Positions 12,260 to 14,435 of a DNA stretch of 14,435 nt are shown piece after piece; position 1 is the first letter of the stretch; every line of letters starts with the position of its first letter. Source of the DNA: a virus; UHGV virus genome UHGV-0124609; one strand, 5' to 3'. The position numbers were made by a program, and so were the translations under genes. The notes beneath the pieces were generated by a model. That model searched no databases. It was not told the origin of the DNA and worked only from the letters and a program-made list of their open reading frames with translations.

Positions 12260-13741
12260 ATGTTAACTATGAACGGTCAGAATCAGGGTGTTAAGACCAA
12301 ACACCGGGAATGGCTGCATCACTTCGATAAATGGCAGAAGGTGCGACACGCCCTAGAGGGTGACCTTATTCGCTATCTCCGTAATGTTGGGAAGAACGAG
12401 CCTGACCCGGCCTACGCAGCACAGCGCCAGGAAGAATACGAGAACGGTGCTATTTGCTACAACTTCACTAAACGTACCCTGGCAGGGATGGTCGGTAGTG
12501 TCATGCGCAAAGACCCTGAGCAGATTATCCCACCTGAACTGGAGTACCTGTTACATAACGCTGATGGTTCCGGTGTCGGGCTGTGGCAGCACGCGCAGGA
12601 TACGCTGATGGAGATTGACTCAGTGGGTCGTGGCGGGTTGCTGGTGGACGCGCCGGAGACAGCCGCGGCAACTGCGGCAGAACAGAACGCAGGGTTATTA
12701 AACCCGGTCATCGCATTCTACACCGCAGAGAACATCATCAACTGGCGACTGACACGCATCGGTTCAGTTAACCGCGTGACGATGGTCGTGCTGCGTGAGG
12801 TATGGGAATACTCAGAACCGGGCGCAGAGTTCGAAACAAAGTTCGGCGAGCAATACCGTGTCCTTGACCTGATTGACGGTCGCTACCGTCAGCGCATTTA
12901 CCGCTTCGATGCCGAAGGTGGTGCTCAGGGTGGAGTAATCGAAATCTTCCCGAAACTAGGCGAACAGTTACGCGGCAAAATCCCGTTCACGTTCATTGGG
13001 GCGAGCAACAACGACGCCACTATCGACGATGCACCTTTGCTACCGTTGGCCGAGCTAAACATAGGGCACTTCAGAAATTCGGCTGATGTGGAAGAGGCCA
13101 GCTTTATAGTAGGCCAACCGACACTGTTCATTGCCCCCGGCGAGAATATGAGCATGGAGCAATGGAAAGAAGCCAACCCCCACGGCATCCGCATGGGGTC
13201 GCGTTCAGGGCATAACATCGGCTCCGGTGGCAATGCGTTTCTGGTTCAGGCGGCGGAAACTAACCTCGCCAAGCAGAACATGCTGGATAAAGAGAATCAG
13301 GCCATCCAGATTGGCGCGCAGCTTATTACTCCGACGCAGCAAATCACCGCAGAATCGGCCCGCCTGCAACGCGGCGCTGATACGTCAGTTATGGCGACAA
13401 TCGCACGTAACGTAAGCATGGCGTATACCGATGCATTGCGCTGGGTGGCTGCGATGCTTGGATTGCGCGAGGGAACAGAGATTGAGTTCAAACTGAACAT
13501 GGAGTTCTTCCTGCAGCCCATGACCGCTCAGGACCGTGCACAGTGGATGGCGGATATCAACGCTGGCCTGTTACCGGCTACTGCTTATTACGCGGCATTG
13601 CGTAAGGCGGGGGTGACTGACTGGACCGACGAGGATATCCAGAACGCTATCGAAGACGCGCCGCTGCCGTTAAGTGCTGTTACTCAGGTGGCAGGAGAGA
13701 TTCCGCAGTCGGCGCAGCAACAACAGGAAGCCGCCCAGTAG
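12260..13741 (+). CDS. putative portal protein, 493 aa
   Basis: Large ORF directly downstream of terL and upstream of a head-morphogenesis gene, which is the canonical order. ATG 12260 with SD AAGAGGA (7-nt spacer). The assignment rests on synteny and size; no specific motif was recognised. Confidence 0.7.
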   Translation: MLTMNGQNQGVKTKHREWLHHFDKWQKVRHALEGDLIRYLRNVGKNEPDPAYAAQRQEEYENGAICYNFTKRTLAGMVGSVMRKDPEQIIPPELEYLLHNADGSGVGLWQHAQDTLMEIDSVGRGGLLVDAPETAAATAAEQNAGLLNPVIAFYTAENIINWRLTRIGSVNRVTMVVLREVWEYSEPGAEFETKFGEQYRVLDLIDGRYRQRIYRFDAEGGAQGGVIEIFPKLGEQLRGKIPFTFIGASNNDATIDDAPLLPLAELNIGHFRNSADVEEASFIVGQPTLFIAPGENMSMEQWKEANPHGIRMGSRSGHNIGSGGNAFLVQAAETNLAKQNMLDKENQAIQIGAQLITPTQQITAESARLQRGADTSVMATIARNVSMAYTDALRWVAAMLGLREGTEIEFKLNMEFFLQPMTAQDRAQWMADINAGLLPATAYYAALRKAGVTDWTDEDIQNAIEDAPLPLSAVTQVAGEIPQSAQQQQEAAQ

Positions 13742-13754
13742 TAAGTTCACATAT

Positions 13755-13776
13755 AGCCCCGAAAGGGGCTTTCTTA
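13755..13776 (+). terminator. stem-loop AGCCCC-GAAA-GGGGCT followed by a T-rich tail after the portal gene; possible partial terminator or attenuator
   Basis: 6-bp GC stem at 13755-13760/13765-13770 with a GAAA tetraloop, then TTCTTAT. Confidence 0.45.
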
Positions 13777-13813
13777 TAGTATGCTATTAACTTTAGCACC
13801 ACAGGGTTTATCT

Positions 13814-14435
13814 ATGAGCTTACTTACATCCCTAATCAGCCACCAGATTTGGCTGCAACGCACCGCATCCGGTGAAGTGAAAGACCTCGCACCGTTCATT
13901 AAGGAGATGCGGGACGAAATCAAACGGCAGGTGCTGCTGTTTGGTGACGACGGGCGCAGCACTGCGCGACTGAATAAACTGTTACGCGACCTCGAAGAAG
14001 CACTGACAGGACTTACTGGTGACTGGCAAACAAAGCTGACAGAAGACCTCAAGGAACTGGCGGCGTATGAGGCCGAGTGGAACGCAAAGACCCTTACCGC
14101 CAACGTGAATGCGGAATTTGTTACACCTACCGCCGAACAGGTGTGGGCTGCCGCTGAGTTTCAACCCTTATCGTTAAGCGACAAGCCTGTTGACTTCACG
14201 AAGCTGATGTCGGGCTGGGGCGAAACCGAAGTCGCGCGCCTTGTAACCGGCGTTAAGATGGGCTTTGTACAAGGCCAAACCACACGGCAGATTGTTAAGA
14301 ATGTCGTAGGCGCTGGTGGCCTGGCCGACATCTCTGAACGTAACGCTGCGACGGTAATCCGCACCGCGCTATCTCACGTGTCCAACGAAGCCCGTAACGA
14401 GACGTACCGCCAGAACGACGACATCATCGAGAAAT
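13814..14435 (+). CDS. head morphogenesis / minor head protein (Mu gpF-like or SPP1 gp7-like), partial, continuing past the window end
   Basis: Frame open from ATG 13814 to the window edge (207 codons); an in-frame alternative ATG lies at 13781. Position after the portal gene and the alpha-helical N-terminus are consistent with the gpF-like family; this is not motif-confirmed. Confidence 0.75.
   Translation, partial: MSLLTSLISHQIWLQRTASGEVKDLAPFIKEMRDEIKRQVLLFGDDGRSTARLNKLLRDLEEALTGLTGDWQTKLTEDLKELAAYEAEWNAKTLTANVNAEFVTPTAEQVWAAAEFQPLSLSDKPVDFTKLMSGWGETEVARLVTGVKMGFVQGQTTRQIVKNVVGAGGLADISERNAATVIRTALSHVSNEARNETYRQNDDIIEK

Noticed and set aside
12360-14364. Short ORFs on both strands inside the portal and head-morphogenesis genes (12360-12608, 12457-12711, 12925-13233, 13227-13415, 13297-13521, 13774-14103, 13982-14164, 14161-14364)
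   Set aside because: All embedded in or antisense to long, well-supported structural genes, with low-complexity translations.
1-14435. tRNA, rRNA, CRISPR repeats, IS or transposon ends, and integrase/attachment site
   Set aside because: Intergenic regions were scanned by eye for tRNA-like cloverleaf signatures, regularly spaced direct repeats, and terminal inverted repeats flanking a transposase-like ORF; none were found. No tyrosine or serine recombinase-like ORF is present, so nothing here supports a lysogeny module despite the XRE and AlpA-like regulators.

Overview
This window reads as a gene-dense segment of a tailed dsDNA bacteriophage with enterobacterial-type promoters and Shine-Dalgarno sites. 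All calls are from reading the sequence and the supplied ORF translations; no homology search was run. Layout, left to right: (1) a leftward block with an acidic 160-aa protein, a divergently transcribed XRE-type HTH regulator, and a replication module (AlpA-like HTH, small winged-helix-like protein, 746-aa primase/helicase-like protein); (2) a ~470-bp AT-rich non-coding control region; (3) a rightward block of about 13 small, tightly coupled early ORFs of unknown function (4198-7064); (4) a lysis cassette with two holin-like membrane proteins and a GH24-type lysozyme (7140-8179), closed by a strong intrinsic terminator; (5) a second block of small ORFs (8361-10328); (6) the start of the packaging and head module: TerS, TerL, putative portal, and a head-morphogenesis protein running off the 3' edge. 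I found no tRNA, rRNA, CRISPR array, IS element or integrase, and no clearly recognisable defence or anti-defence system. The most interesting signals are regulatory: a recurring TTGCAC-N17-TACTATTCA promoter, a conserved AACGAGA(GGA) leader upstream of several start codons, a palindromic candidate operator upstream of terS, a shared C-terminal EDLE tail on two replication-module proteins, and six probable sub-60-aa genes absent from the ORF track. Start codons of several genes are ambiguous and flagged as such.
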